This document shows positions 30,388-40,895 of a stretch of DNA of 64,000 nt, in pieces. The stretch's first letter is position 1. Each line of letters opens with the position of its first letter. The position numbers were made by a program, and so were the translations under genes. The notes below the pieces were generated by a model. It was not told the DNA's origin. It was given only the letters and a program-made list of their open reading frames with translations, and did no database searches. Source of the stretch: Gammaproteobacteria bacterium (lineage in GTDB: Bacteria; Pseudomonadota; Gammaproteobacteria; UBA4575). The stretch covers positions 1 to 64,000 of the forward strand of contig CBDCTA010000003.1 of NCBI GenBank assembly GCA_965221955.1. Reading direction: 5' to 3'.

Positions 30388-31617
30388 TCAGGTGAAGAAC
30401 CAATATCCGAGCATGATTGCGGCAATAATTCCTGCAAAATCAGCAAACAAGCCACAACCAATCGCGTGACGAACACGGTTAATTCCAACACTGCCAAAAT
30501 ATATGGCTAATACGTAAAACGTGGTTTCGGTACTGCCTTGAACAATGGCTGCAACGTTTGCAGCGAAGGAATCCACGCCATAGTTATTCATGGTTTCCAG
30601 CAACATTGCACGAGCACCACTTCCTGAAAAAGGTCGCATTAATGCAGTGGGTAGTGCAGCAATAAAATCTGGATTTAATCCAACTCCTACTACAACTTTT
30701 TCAACACCATTTAGGATCATGTCTAACACCATGCTGGCACGAAGCACGCCAATCGCGACTAACATGGCGACTAGATAGGGAATAATTTTTAGCGCTACAT
30801 CAAAGCCCTGTTTCGCACCATCTATAAATGCTTCGTAAACATTTATTTTGCGTAAAAAGCCCATGACTAAAAAGGCAATGATAATAAGAAATAATAGTAA
30901 ATTTCCAAGCAGGCTAGAGCGCTCCGCGAGCGAGGTAGAATTTTCGCTGAGTAAAAAAGCAAGCAATAATCCAATTAGTGTACTAAAAGCTAGCAGATAG
31001 AGAAAAACAGTTTTGTTGAATAGGTTTAGTCGCTGGATAAATGCAACCAGTAGTAAACCCGCTATAGTTGAGCAACAAGTAGCTAAAAGGATAGGGATAA
31101 ATACAGCAGTAGGATCCGTAGAGCCTTGTTGGGCGCGAAACAAAAAAATCGTAACAGGTAATAAAGTGACAGAGGAGGTGTTTAACACTAAAAATAGAAT
31201 TTGAGCGTTGCTAGCGGTTTGTTTATTAGGATTTAATTCTTGCAGGTCTTGCATGGCTTTAAGACCCAATGGCGTTGCTGCATTATCTAAGCCCAACATA
31301 TTAGCGGCCATATTCATCGTAACCGAACCAATCGCTGGGTGATCGTTTGGCACTTCTGGCATGAGTTTTTTAAACAAAGGTCGAAAGGCCTTGGTAAGTA
31401 ATTCTACAAAGCCTGCACGCTCAGCAATGGTGAAAAAGCCTAACCATAAACACAGCACACCAACTAAACCCAGAGCAATTTCAACACTCAATGAGGCCAT
31501 GTCAAAAGTAGCCTGTACTACTTGAGCAAAGATTCCATTGTTATCGTGGATGATAAGTTGATAAATGCAACTTAGAAATGCTGCGATGAAAAAGCCAAAC
31601 CAAATATAGTTAAGCAT
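30388..31617 (-). CDS. SpmA/SpmB fusion, nucleoside-recognition (Gate) domain membrane protein
   Basis: ANMLGLDNAATPLGLKAM, RPFSGSGA, GSTETTFYVLAIYFG. Confidence 0.92.
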   Translation of the reverse strand: MLNYIWFGFFIAAFLSCIYQLIIHDNNGIFAQVVQATFDMASLSVEIALGLVGVLCLWLGFFTIAERAGFVELLTKAFRPLFKKLMPEVPNDHPAIGSVTMNMAANMLGLDNAATPLGLKAMQDLQELNPNKQTASNAQILFLVLNTSSVTLLPVTIFLFRAQQGSTDPTAVFIPILLATCCSTIAGLLLVAFIQRLNLFNKTVFLYLLAFSTLIGLLLAFLLSENSTSLAERSSLLGNLLLFLIIIAFLVMGFLRKINVYEAFIDGAKQGFDVALKIIPYLVAMLVAIGVLRASMVLDMILNGVEKVVVGVGLNPDFIAALPTALMRPFSGSGARAMLLETMNNYGVDSFAANVAAIVQGSTETTFYVLAIYFGSVGINRVRHAIGCGLFADFAGIIAAIMLGYWFFT

Positions 31618-31640
31618 GTATAAAAGTTAATAGTGTGCTT

Positions 31641-31952
31641 TTAACGACCAATGGCTAAAAAGAACGGCAGCCACATGATGAGCAAGAACAGTGCAGTGAA
31701 GAGTTCTATGAATCCAATATTGCGAAATTTGATTCTTACTTCTTCATCTGACATGCGTATGCGACACATCATGAAATCAAACATTAACACCATGAATGCA
31801 AGTGGTGCTATTGCGGGTGCAACTAAGGTTGAAATGACTTTCCAACTATTTAGGTTGACGGATGTACCAGGTTCTGGAGAGAGAAATGCAATTAGCAATG
31901 CTAAAGCTATAAGAATGAGACGTAGTGCTCCTAAATCTTTAATTAAACCCAT
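31641..31952 (-). CDS. Hypothetical 3-TM membrane protein
   Basis: 103-aa ORF with three hydrophobic helices, co-oriented with spmAB. Confidence 0.65.
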   Translation of the reverse strand: MGLIKDLGALRLILIALALLIAFLSPEPGTSVNLNSWKVISTLVAPAIAPLAFMVLMFDFMMCRIRMSDEEVRIKFRNIGFIELFTALFLLIMWLPFFLAIGR

Positions 31953-32267
31953 TAGTTATAATCTTTAAATTGTAAGAAATGTAAATAACTGCAAACTAAA
32001 TTGCCAAATTTTTTCAATCTTTAGTTTGATTGTGGACCAAATTTGTCACTTTTTGACCTGCCTCAACACTTTAGCAAATCACGTAACCTTTTGTAACTAA
32101 AGCGCTTTATCTCATCGGGCGAGACGGTCCAAATTAAAATATAAAGATATACTTTAGCTCATTGATCTGTGATTTGAACCCTTTTGTAGGGAACTCAACA
32201 GAATAAGGATTTTAACACCCAAATGGATTTGGGAAGATTTTTAACTCTCTATATAGGAACTTAAACA

Positions 32268-32804
32268 ATGGAAATGAAGAAATTAGCAAAAGGATTGACT
32301 GCTGCTGCTTTAATCGCAATTACAGGAAGCACATTCGCAGCAACTCAAGGTACTTTAGGATTGACATCTACAGGTACTGTTGACATCAGTGTGGGCGTTG
32401 GAGATCAAATACAAATTACAGCTCTAGCAGACATTACGGGCCCTTATGTTCCTGGTACTGACTTCACTGGTAGCAGCCCAGCTTGTGTATACCGTAATGG
32501 TGGTACAGGTGATTTTGATGTGAGAATGACCAGTGCTAATGGTAGTGGAACAAACTTTCAGCTAAATGATGCTGGAACATTCGTAGTCTATGACGTCACA
32601 TTCAACGATAGTGTTTCTGGTGCTATTGATATGGATAACAATGTACTAAATAACACTGACTTCACTAATGCAAATACGACCTCACCAACTTGTGGCGGTG
32701 TACCTCAGTCAACTATCGCAATTACTGTTCCTGATGCGAACTTAGGTGTGGTTGCAGCTGGCACTTATGCAGATACTTTGACAATTGTTGTAGCGCCTAG
32801 ATAA
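32268..32804 (+). CDS. Major pilin-like subunit (chaperone-usher)
   Basis: Signal peptide, N-terminal extension ATQGTLGLTSTGTVDISV, Cys pair, C-terminal AGTYADTLTIVVAP; RBS upstream and terminator downstream. Confidence 0.8.
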   Translation: MEMKKLAKGLTAAALIAITGSTFAATQGTLGLTSTGTVDISVGVGDQIQITALADITGPYVPGTDFTGSSPACVYRNGGTGDFDVRMTSANGSGTNFQLNDAGTFVVYDVTFNDSVSGAIDMDNNVLNNTDFTNANTTSPTCGGVPQSTIAITVPDANLGVVAAGTYADTLTIVVAPR

Positions 32805-32832
32805 GTCTGAACGCATCAATAATTAATTTTGC

Positions 32833-32871
32833 AAAATGCCAGCAGATTATATCTGCTGGCATTTTTTATTT
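32833..32871 (+). terminator. Intrinsic terminator after the major pilin
   Basis: AAAATGCCAGCAGAT-tat-ATCTGCTGGCATTTT plus T tract. Confidence 0.85.
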
Positions 32872-32934
32872 GTAATGAGAAATTTTCTTAATCACAATGT
32901 TTTAACTGGAGTTCTATCCAAGATTCATTGTTAT

Positions 32935-33489
32935 ATGAGTCTTATTAAACTGTGTGCTATTGCGTTATTATTAATACCTATGCCGATTTATTCTGCAACA
33001 CAGGGTTCACAGGGCAATACTTCAAGTGGAACAGTTGAAATTAATATCGTAAAAAATCGAACCATTCTCATTATAGGTTTGCGAGATTTTAATTTTGGTC
33101 AATGGACCCCAGGGGATGGAACATTAACGGATAATGACAATTTGTGTGTAGGAAAGACCAATTTTGGAACTTACGGGATACGTGCATCAGGGAATGGAGA
33201 TGGGTTTGATCCAGCTGCCTTCACTCTTAGTAATGGCAGCGATCAAATTTATTACAATGTATATTGGAATGATGCGGCTACTCCTACTGGAACAAATGCG
33301 GCAAATCAACTAACTCCTGGACTAATTCAACACGGCCAAGTAGAAAGTTTTTTTCATACTTTCTTTTTTCTGTTTGGTGCTTGTTTTGAAAATGCCAACC
33401 TAGAAATAGAAATTCCTGATACCGAGCTGCTATCAAGTACTGGTGGAAACTATACTGGCACATTGACACTACTGGTCATTCCCGACTAG
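32935..33489 (+). CDS. Minor pilin-like subunit
   Basis: Paralog of upstream gene (ATQGSQGNTSSGTVEINI..LCV..GGNYTGTLTLLVIP); start moved to ATG 32935 because 32836 lies in the terminator. Confidence 0.75.
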   Translation: MSLIKLCAIALLLIPMPIYSATQGSQGNTSSGTVEINIVKNRTILIIGLRDFNFGQWTPGDGTLTDNDNLCVGKTNFGTYGIRASGNGDGFDPAAFTLSNGSDQIYYNVYWNDAATPTGTNAANQLTPGLIQHGQVESFFHTFFFLFGACFENANLEIEIPDTELLSSTGGNYTGTLTLLVIPD

Positions 33490-33524
33490 TCTTAGTCGTC
33501 AAATTCAAAAAGAGTATCTTCAAT

Positions 33525-34007
33525 ATGTTTAAGTGGCCAAGGTTTTGGTTTCTTGTTGTATTGTGGCTATTCCTCGTGCCGCATGCATTTGCTGAGATTA
33601 GAATTTATGGACTGACTGATTTTAATTTAGGTAGATGGGTATTAGGTGCAGGTCCTTTGCAGACAAACTCTAATTTGTGTGTTTCCGTTAGCCCTCCAGG
33701 TGCGCCTCTATATCAAATCACCGCTAATGGACAGAGCAGCAATAGTATTTTTGTTCTAACGAATGCGGGTAGTAATCTACCTTACCGTTTATTTTTTAAT
33801 GACAGGCCAGACGTTAATGGGGCAAGTGAGCTTATACCCGGACAAGCGCTAACTAGTTTAACGGCTAGAAGAAGAGGAGGCGTGAATCAAACTCAATGTA
33901 ACCGTCCAAATGCTAATCTCTCTATTTTGATTTCAGATGTCGATTTAGCACAAGCGTCTGCTGGACGCTATAACGGAACCATAATACTTATAGTGGGGCC
34001 AGAATAA
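33525..34007 (+). CDS. Minor pilin-like subunit lacking an N-terminal extension (putative tip)
   Basis: Signal peptide then EIRIYGLTDFNLG..LCV..AGRYNGTIILIVGP. Confidence 0.75.
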   Translation: MFKWPRFWFLVVLWLFLVPHAFAEIRIYGLTDFNLGRWVLGAGPLQTNSNLCVSVSPPGAPLYQITANGQSSNSIFVLTNAGSNLPYRLFFNDRPDVNGASELIPGQALTSLTARRRGGVNQTQCNRPNANLSILISDVDLAQASAGRYNGTIILIVGPE

Positions 34008-34052
34008 ATTCTAAAAACCTTTATGCCTAAGACGGCTTTATAAAATTAATAT

Positions 34053-36512
34053 TTATTCATTACAGCTTAAGCTGTCAACAAATGCGACACCTTGTTTAAT
34101 TTCAAGTTCAGGCAAATCAATGCGGCAAACTGCGCTACCTTGTTTAGTAATTTCCAAAGGCTTATTGCCAGAGATTTCTGCTTGTATCCAACCGTCTTCA
34201 TCTGTTACTGCATATCCAATTGCATTTGCAATTTTCACACGTGACGCTGGAGTGCCATCAGCCATTAATATGCGTGTTATAAGTACCGTAATAGGCTGAA
34301 TTTCATAGTTAATAGTTTGGACATTGCCAGGATAGAGTGTAATTTTTCTTTTAGTCTCGTCATAATGTAATAACTCATTACTTCTGGAACGGATGCCAAT
34401 TAAGTACGTGTGAAAAGCATCCAGTGGTAACACAGTTTCTTTGCCTATCTTGGTGTAGCCACGCGGCTGTCCATTTACGAAAATTTCAAAAGATTCTCCT
34501 TTGGGTTGTCCTTGAAGATTTAAAACAACACTGCTCGTAGCATTCCGGTTTCCGCCAAACGCAAATTGATCACCGTCAGATACAATATTTGTGGTTTGTG
34601 CACCACGAAAGCGTGTAAAACCACCACGATTTTCGTCATCCACAAATTCAAATTGCATATCAGCACGACCATATGAAGAGCTGCTTTCTGTGCGTAACCC
34701 AATCGTTGAGCGTTCTAAATCTTCTGATAAAAATCCACCATAGGTAAATCTTCCATAATCTTCATGTTCATGAGTGCTCGTTAATCCCGCAAACAACAAT
34801 GCACCTTGGTCGGTTTCATCATTGGTTTCTTTTACCAAATAACTAGGACGAACACTTAGAAATTGTCCTGGTTTAGTTCTTGTGATGCGTAATCCAGACT
34901 GTATGCGATAGTCGTCTTCTTCATAAGACGCGCCGAAATTGAGTTCAATCGAGTAGCGATTGCGCTGAAAAATTGGATAGCGATAATCGAGTCCATACAG
35001 TGTTCTAGAATCTTCATCTTGCTTATCGTTATATTGCGAGCGCAATGTCATTTGCCCTTTGCCTAAAGGGATGCTTGCTGAAATATTTCCTTGATTAAAA
35101 TCATTGGGTAGGATGCGTGTATCGATACTTTGATCAAATTCTGTTCGTCCTGACTCGACGGTTCGGTAATCAAAATTGAGTGCGAGATTTTCACGTCGGT
35201 ACTGCCCCAAAAAATGTAGGCCTCGCTCATTGTCTGTGCCCAGCATAATAGAATTTTGTAAAAGTAGGCCTGGAGCGAAATAACTTAAGCTGCCTTGTAA
35301 TAAATCTATATCTGCAGAATGTAGAAATTCAATGGAGCCACCTAAATGATTTTCTAAACGGTAAGCTGTACCAATCCGCACAAGTTCGCTATCTGAAATG
35401 TCGGGTAAACCACCTTCAGAGTCATCCTTTTCTAGTAAGCCAAGTTCTACAAAGTGTAGTGGTTGATCTTGTGGTGGCAAGATTGCAGTTTTAACAAAAA
35501 AATACTGCTCCTCTCGAGTGTTGCCCGTTGTATCTGTGATTCTCAATGTAATGGGGTACGATCCAGAAGGTAAACGTAAAGTATCTAATTGTTGGTTACC
35601 TGCATCATATATGCCACCGTCAATGAGCTTTCCATCTTTAAAAACTTCGATTTGGCTTCGTGAGTTTAGAAACAAATATATTTCCGTGGCTTGTGAGTAA
35701 TCTAAATCAGTACGCGTTTTGGTTGAGCTATATATTCGTGTACCTACTAAATCTAAATTATTCGTAAACGAGGTAAATCGAATATTTGAGTTAAAATAAC
35801 CTAACTCTTTAGCAATTCCAGCATTGTCATTTTGTAGCGATAAAGTTTCTACACTGAAGTCACGTGTGTCGGAATAGTCCCACTGAGTCTGAAATCGTGA
35901 TTGCCCATACGAAATGATGTGATTTGCAGCTGTTGTAAATGTGATATCACCATCTTCTCCACTAAAGCTGTTAGAAAAAGCATTTACACTTGAAAAAGAT
36001 GGTGTGTTGATTTGAGGTAAAAATTTGTTAGATACGATTCCTTGAGGTTGTAGCTGTAGACGGTTCACAAATACGTGAAGGTGAAATCTGCTTTCATCAA
36101 AAATAACTCCAGCTATGGAAGGTTGAATAACTCCGCATTCGCGTTGTAATTCTGTTAAACAAACCTCACTCGCATTCGTATTCAGTGGGCCGGATAATGC
36201 TTGGCTGATTATTTCTGGATTAATTACATGTGGAATTAATAGCGCAACTTCTTCTGGCGATGTTAATTCGATACTCTCAGGTGTATAGGTTGCAATGGTG
36301 TTGCCAATTTTCTCATTACCATAATAGATATCAATCTCAGTAGTTTGGGGCTGCACAAGATCTTCAAACCCAGGCGGTGGTGCATCTTTAACGCGAATTT
36401 TTAGCCCATCTTCAGCAAACAACATTTGTGAAGTTAGTATCATGCATGCAGTAAATATTGCACGCACAAGAATACATGCGAAGCTAACATAACGTTGCAG
36501 TTGTTTCTGCAT
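34053..36512 (-). CDS. Alpha-type (TcfC/CS1/EcpC-like) fimbrial usher
   Basis: PPPGFEDL N-terminus, FDESRFHLHVFVN, LPSGSYPITLRI, LYPGNV, TDEDGWIQ. Confidence 0.88.
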   Translation of the reverse strand: MQKQLQRYVSFACILVRAIFTACMILTSQMLFAEDGLKIRVKDAPPPGFEDLVQPQTTEIDIYYGNEKIGNTIATYTPESIELTSPEEVALLIPHVINPEIISQALSGPLNTNASEVCLTELQRECGVIQPSIAGVIFDESRFHLHVFVNRLQLQPQGIVSNKFLPQINTPSFSSVNAFSNSFSGEDGDITFTTAANHIISYGQSRFQTQWDYSDTRDFSVETLSLQNDNAGIAKELGYFNSNIRFTSFTNNLDLVGTRIYSSTKTRTDLDYSQATEIYLFLNSRSQIEVFKDGKLIDGGIYDAGNQQLDTLRLPSGSYPITLRITDTTGNTREEQYFFVKTAILPPQDQPLHFVELGLLEKDDSEGGLPDISDSELVRIGTAYRLENHLGGSIEFLHSADIDLLQGSLSYFAPGLLLQNSIMLGTDNERGLHFLGQYRRENLALNFDYRTVESGRTEFDQSIDTRILPNDFNQGNISASIPLGKGQMTLRSQYNDKQDEDSRTLYGLDYRYPIFQRNRYSIELNFGASYEEDDYRIQSGLRITRTKPGQFLSVRPSYLVKETNDETDQGALLFAGLTSTHEHEDYGRFTYGGFLSEDLERSTIGLRTESSSSYGRADMQFEFVDDENRGGFTRFRGAQTTNIVSDGDQFAFGGNRNATSSVVLNLQGQPKGESFEIFVNGQPRGYTKIGKETVLPLDAFHTYLIGIRSRSNELLHYDETKRKITLYPGNVQTINYEIQPITVLITRILMADGTPASRVKIANAIGYAVTDEDGWIQAEISGNKPLEITKQGSAVCRIDLPELEIKQGVAFVDSLSCNE

Positions 36513-36542
36513 TAGCGATGTTTGAGTTATAGGCCGAAGAGA

Positions 36543-37282
36543 TTACTTGTAGGTTGTAACCGAGTTTTTGGTTCCTATGCTCATTTGATATTCAACAGGT
36601 TTGTCGAAAGGGAGCTCTACTGACCAATTGTTTCCAGGGTATAAGCGTTTACCTCGCAAACTTTCACAATCGTCAGAATCTGTGGATGAGCTTGGACATT
36701 GTTTGCCTTCACGCAACAATACATTTGTGTTTCCTTCATTTGCAAAAGAAAGTGTCTTGCCGTCGCGTTTAACAACCAAGTTTGGTTCTGGAGTAGCTGG
36801 TTGCATCAATAAAAGCACTTCATAACCAATTAATATTTTTATTCCAATTTGTTCAGACTCTAAATCACCCACGACTGGTTTAAAAGTTACGCGATACACA
36901 CGTTCTTTATTGCCAAGTGGCTCAAGAGACACAAGACGCACTAACTTACGTCCACCTGGAGGAACAACTATTTTGTTTGGTGTAACAAGTAAACCTGATT
37001 CGCGAGGATCAGTAATCGTTATACGTTCCTCGTTTTCAGAGCCAGGCTCAGAAACAATAGCAGGAGTTATTTCTACATACAGATTTTCAGAACTCGGGTT
37101 TTGAACTTCAATGTCTTTGCGCAAAGGTTTGCCGGGTTCAAAGTGGACAATTGCATCACTCAAGATCATATTTGCAAATACAGGGGAAGCATGGGTGCGG
37201 CAAATAGCAAACAAATCATCATCGCTAAAGCCATGTGTGGAATAGAAGTCTGTAGGTTTAATTTTTTCAGTTTTATAGACAT
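36543..37282 (-). pseudogene. Fimbrial chaperone (PapD-like) with apparent 1-bp frameshift in the signal peptide
   Basis: LLVTPNKIVVPPGGRKLVRL, KERVYRVTF, NEGNTNVLL. The RBS-preceded ATG 37282 gives MSIKLKK..ALAMMICLLFAAPM out of frame with SPVFA-NMIL; could be a sequencing error. Confidence 0.7.
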
Positions 37283-37580
37283 TAGGGCACGGTCCTTGGT
37301 TATATTGTACTCATTACTCATATACACGGGATTAGAGTGTCTAATTGACTGAATTTCCAACAAAAATTGCCAGAATGCACATTTGATTGGTTGGTTGGAA
37401 TAATGCATAGAGTGATGCTCTGTAGGCGTTGAACATGAGCAGTTCATCGTCATAAGCGATGCGTTTATCTGGCCCGCAAGCTTATTTTTGCTCCCCACAA
37501 AATTTCAGATTGTGAGCATGTTTTTGCCATTTTTGCCCATTAGGCTGGATGCATTCACTACTAAATAAGCTGGAAATAAC

Positions 37581-39098
37581 ATGATTTATGGGGTGCTTTT
37601 TTTGCTCATTATGCTTGCGGTTCTTGTAGGTATTGGGTTTCTAATTTATTTACTAGTCCGAAAAATTCAACAATCAAATGTGCATGCTATGAATAATGAA
37701 AATACTGAATCTGGAAATCACTCAAGCAAGAAAGCTAGAAATATTAATGACACATTAACCATGCGAGCCGTCATCGTAGCTGTGATTGCATTGGTGATGC
37801 TGATTCCGATGGTGATGATGCAGGGAGTGGTGGATGAGCGAAACGGATTGTATCGAAATGTGCTGCATGACATTGCTAGCACCTGGGGTGGACAACAGTT
37901 GTTGCAAGGTCCAATGCTAGTAGTTCCATTTATAGAAAAGCATGTTAATCGAGAAACCACCAGAGATAAAAATGGTGAAGAGAAAATAAAAACCAAAACA
38001 ACTTATTTAACAAAATACGCAATTCATTTACCAAAAGATTTAAAAATTAATGTTGATTTAGCAGAACAACATCGCAAGCGAGGGATTTATAAATCATTAG
38101 TCTATGCAGCAGAGCTTTCGATAGAGGGAAGTTTTGATCAATTAGATATCGAAAACATGTCTGATCATATTCATCGTATTGATTGGGAGAAAGCTTATTT
38201 AGTTTTAGGTTTATCCGATACGCGCGCTATTAATGAAGTTTCTTCTTTAAACTGGAATGGAAGTGAGATTGGTTATTCACCTGGTACAAAAGTTACGGAT
38301 TTAATTAGTCATGGGTTTCACGCCAATATTAAAAGTCTGAGTTTTGCAAAAGAATCACATGAATTTAGTACAAAAATTTCAATAAATGGTAGCCAAGGCT
38401 TTCGTTTTGCGCCGTTTGGTGAAAATACAACGGTCAATATGCAATCCAGTTGGCCACACCCTAGTTTTCAAGGCATGACCTTGCCAACTCATCATGAAAT
38501 TACCGATACTGGATTTACTTCAGAGTGGACCATCCCCCATCTGGCACGAAATTATCCTCAGTCATGGGTGCTTGGAAATGCAAGTTATCATTTAGAGGAA
38601 TTTGTAGCGGGGGTAGATTTGTTTGAACCTGTATTTTTATATTCAAAAATGACACGTGCAGTGAAGTATGGAATTTTATTTATCGGCTTAACTTTTTTAA
38701 CGTTTCTTATTTTTGAGCTCACCATGCAAGCACGTTTGCATTATGTACAATATGGTTTGATCGGTGTGGCATTGGCCATTTTCTATCTAGTTTTATTATC
38801 GATTGCTGAGCACACAACTTTTTTAAATGCCTACATCATAGCGGCTTTAATTAATATTGGTCTCATCACTTTATATACCGCTGCTGCACTTAAAAATTGG
38901 TCCAGGGCATGTATTATTTTTGTGCTACTCGCTGCACTCTACACTGTATTGTATTCACTGCTGCAATTAGAAGACTATGCGCTATTAATGGGTACGATGC
39001 TGATATTATCTGTGCTGATGGTGTTGATGTATGTCACGCGGAATCTGCGCGTGAATGCATCAAATGCAGATCAGATTCCACATTTAGGTAATGGATAA
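37581..39098 (+). CDS. creD: Cell envelope integrity protein CreD
   Basis: WGGQQLLQGP, RKRGIY, SSWPHPSF, RAVKYGILFI, LHYVQYGLIG, EDYALLMG. Confidence 0.95.
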   Translation: MIYGVLFLLIMLAVLVGIGFLIYLLVRKIQQSNVHAMNNENTESGNHSSKKARNINDTLTMRAVIVAVIALVMLIPMVMMQGVVDERNGLYRNVLHDIASTWGGQQLLQGPMLVVPFIEKHVNRETTRDKNGEEKIKTKTTYLTKYAIHLPKDLKINVDLAEQHRKRGIYKSLVYAAELSIEGSFDQLDIENMSDHIHRIDWEKAYLVLGLSDTRAINEVSSLNWNGSEIGYSPGTKVTDLISHGFHANIKSLSFAKESHEFSTKISINGSQGFRFAPFGENTTVNMQSSWPHPSFQGMTLPTHHEITDTGFTSEWTIPHLARNYPQSWVLGNASYHLEEFVAGVDLFEPVFLYSKMTRAVKYGILFIGLTFLTFLIFELTMQARLHYVQYGLIGVALAIFYLVLLSIAEHTTFLNAYIIAALINIGLITLYTAAALKNWSRACIIFVLLAALYTVLYSLLQLEDYALLMGTMLILSVLMVLMYVTRNLRVNASNADQIPHLGNG

Positions 39099-39201
39099 GG
39101 GGGGTAAAATACTGCAAAATCCACTCTGCAACATGAACCATTAGTTAACAAACGTAATCTAATGCGTGTAAATTTAATTTAACTATGCGGAGTAAATCTA
39201 A

Positions 39202-39513
39202 ATGAAGCACTTGGTAGGACTTACTAGTATTTTATTATTATCCCTTTCATCAGTGGTTGTGTATGCGGGTGATGCAGAAGCAGGAAAAGCAAAATCAGTT
39301 ACCTGTGCAGCATGTCATGGTGGAGAAGGAATTAGCCCAACCGGTACATGGCCAAACCTTGCGGGACAAAAAGAAGAATATCTTGCGGCGCAAATGAAAG
39401 CATTTCGTGATGGCGCAAGAGATAATGCGCAAATGTCACCAATGGTAGCGAATTTGAGTGACGAAGATATTGCTAACCTTGCTGCGTACTATGCGTCTTT
39501 AGGCTGTAAGTAA
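39202..39513 (+). CDS. Mono-heme cytochrome c (c553/c4-like)
   Basis: Signal peptide, CAACHG, PNLAGQ, axial Met. Confidence 0.93.
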   Translation: MKHLVGLTSILLLSLSSVVVYAGDAEAGKAKSVTCAACHGGEGISPTGTWPNLAGQKEEYLAAQMKAFRDGARDNAQMSPMVANLSDEDIANLAAYYASLGCK

Positions 39514-39555
39514 AAATTAGTGAGTAATTTTTACCGCGTTAATTTTTATGGGTGG

Positions 39556-40038
39556 CTACGCTGCGATATAGCGTAGTCCGCCTGCAACGATAACTACAAT
39601 CACGCCTAGCAATAAATTAATCCCGATAAACTTGCGGACTTGTGCAAGGTGCTCACTGGCGAGATGAAAATTTTCTTGTTTGACGGCTTTGCAAAGACGT
39701 CTAAAAGGTGCAAAAAACACATGCAAGAAAATTAGAATCATGATCACGCCGATTACTTGCATGACATGAATGTGCCAACCGACACGTGCCATGCCGCCAA
39801 AGTGCTCTACAATCATCCAGTAGCCGGTCGCAGGTAGGGTGATAATGCAAATCCACACCCAAAAGAAAAAACTCGAAAGTGTTCGTTTCCAAAGCTTCAA
39901 TCGCTGGGGCATTTCTAAAGCTTTCGCAGCAGCAGGTCTTAATGAGATATAGGCAAAAAACATCCCGCCGACCCAAATTACTGCAGCAATCAAATGAGCC
40001 GCTACGGCGGCAGGGAAGTAATATGGTTGTAAGTCCAT
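39556..40038 (-). CDS. CopD-family membrane protein
   Basis: HLIAAVIWVGGMFF..LRPAA, four TM helices. Confidence 0.85.
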   Translation of the reverse strand: MDLQPYYFPAAVAAHLIAAVIWVGGMFFAYISLRPAAAKALEMPQRLKLWKRTLSSFFFWVWICIITLPATGYWMIVEHFGGMARVGWHIHVMQVIGVIMILIFLHVFFAPFRRLCKAVKQENFHLASEHLAQVRKFIGINLLLGVIVVIVAGGLRYIAA

Positions 40039-40185
40039 TTGTAAGCTCTCTTTTTGTGCGCTTTGTTGTTTCGAGTGATGGACAGTGAGTCCCTATCTGC
40101 AGATAAAGTTTACTGTAAGTTTGCTGCAAATTATATGCTGATAAGCTAAAGTGCAGGCCTGATTTTAGTCAAACGAAGTTAAAAT

Positions 40186-40884
40186 ATGTCACAAGACAGT
40201 GCAGCAACGGATTGGATCGCCCCATCTATTCTCTCAGCTGATTTCGCACGGCTAGGTGAGGAGGTCAAAGCGGTTTTAGATGCGGGTGCGGATATTATCC
40301 ATTTTGATGTAATGGATAATCATTATGTGCCGAACCTAACCTTCGGGCCGGTTATATGTAAGGCCTTACGTGACTATGGTATACAGGCCCCTATTGATGT
40401 GCATTTGATGGTTAAACCTGTCGATCGAATGATTTCAGATTTTGCTGCAGCAGGGGCAAGTTATATTACTTTTCATCCCGAAGCCTCAGAGCACATTGAT
40501 CGCAGTTTGCAGTTAATCCGTGATCAAGGATGTAAAGCGGGTTTGGTGTTTAATCCTGCAACTCCTCTAGATCAACTCGAGTACGTCTTGGATAAGATTG
40601 ATATGGTGTTGCTGATGTCAGTAAATCCTGGCTTTGGTGGGCAAAAGTTTATTCCAGCAATTTTGCAAAAACTTAAAGCGGCACGAAAAGTCATTGATCA
40701 ATCTGGTTTGCCGATTCGTTTAGAAATTGATGGTGGTGTTAAAGTAGATAATATTGCTGAAATTAAAGCGGCAGGTGCGGATACATTTGTTGCGGGTTCG
40801 GCAATATTCAATACTAAAGATTATCAAGGTACGATCGCAAAAATGCGCGAACAGCTTGGTATTTCTTCTAAAGTTACTTCTTAA
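40186..40884 (+). CDS. rpe: Ribulose-phosphate 3-epimerase
   Basis: [37 protein letters not shown]. Confidence 0.98.
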   Translation: MSQDSAATDWIAPSILSADFARLGEEVKAVLDAGADIIHFDVMDNHYVPNLTFGPVICKALRDYGIQAPIDVHLMVKPVDRMISDFAAAGASYITFHPEASEHIDRSLQLIRDQGCKAGLVFNPATPLDQLEYVLDKIDMVLLMSVNPGFGGQKFIPAILQKLKAARKVIDQSGLPIRLEIDGGVKVDNIAEIKAAGADTFVAGSAIFNTKDYQGTIAKMREQLGISSKVTS

Positions 40885-40895
40885 TATTTTCTGCT

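Noticed and set aside
31651-31968. 105-aa + strand ORF
   Set aside because: Antisense to a more plausible 3-TM membrane protein co-oriented with spmAB
31953-32267. c-di-GMP riboswitch or FleQ box upstream of the major pilin
   Set aside because: No GEMM core seen; GTCA-N5-TGAC near 32045 has spacing one base short of the FleQ consensus
37166-37498. 110-aa ORF as an independent gene
   Set aside because: Only its last ~38 codons look meaningful, as the out-of-frame signal peptide of the chaperone
39701-40129. 142-aa Cys-rich minus ORF
   Set aside because: Alternative frame overlapping the CopD-family gene
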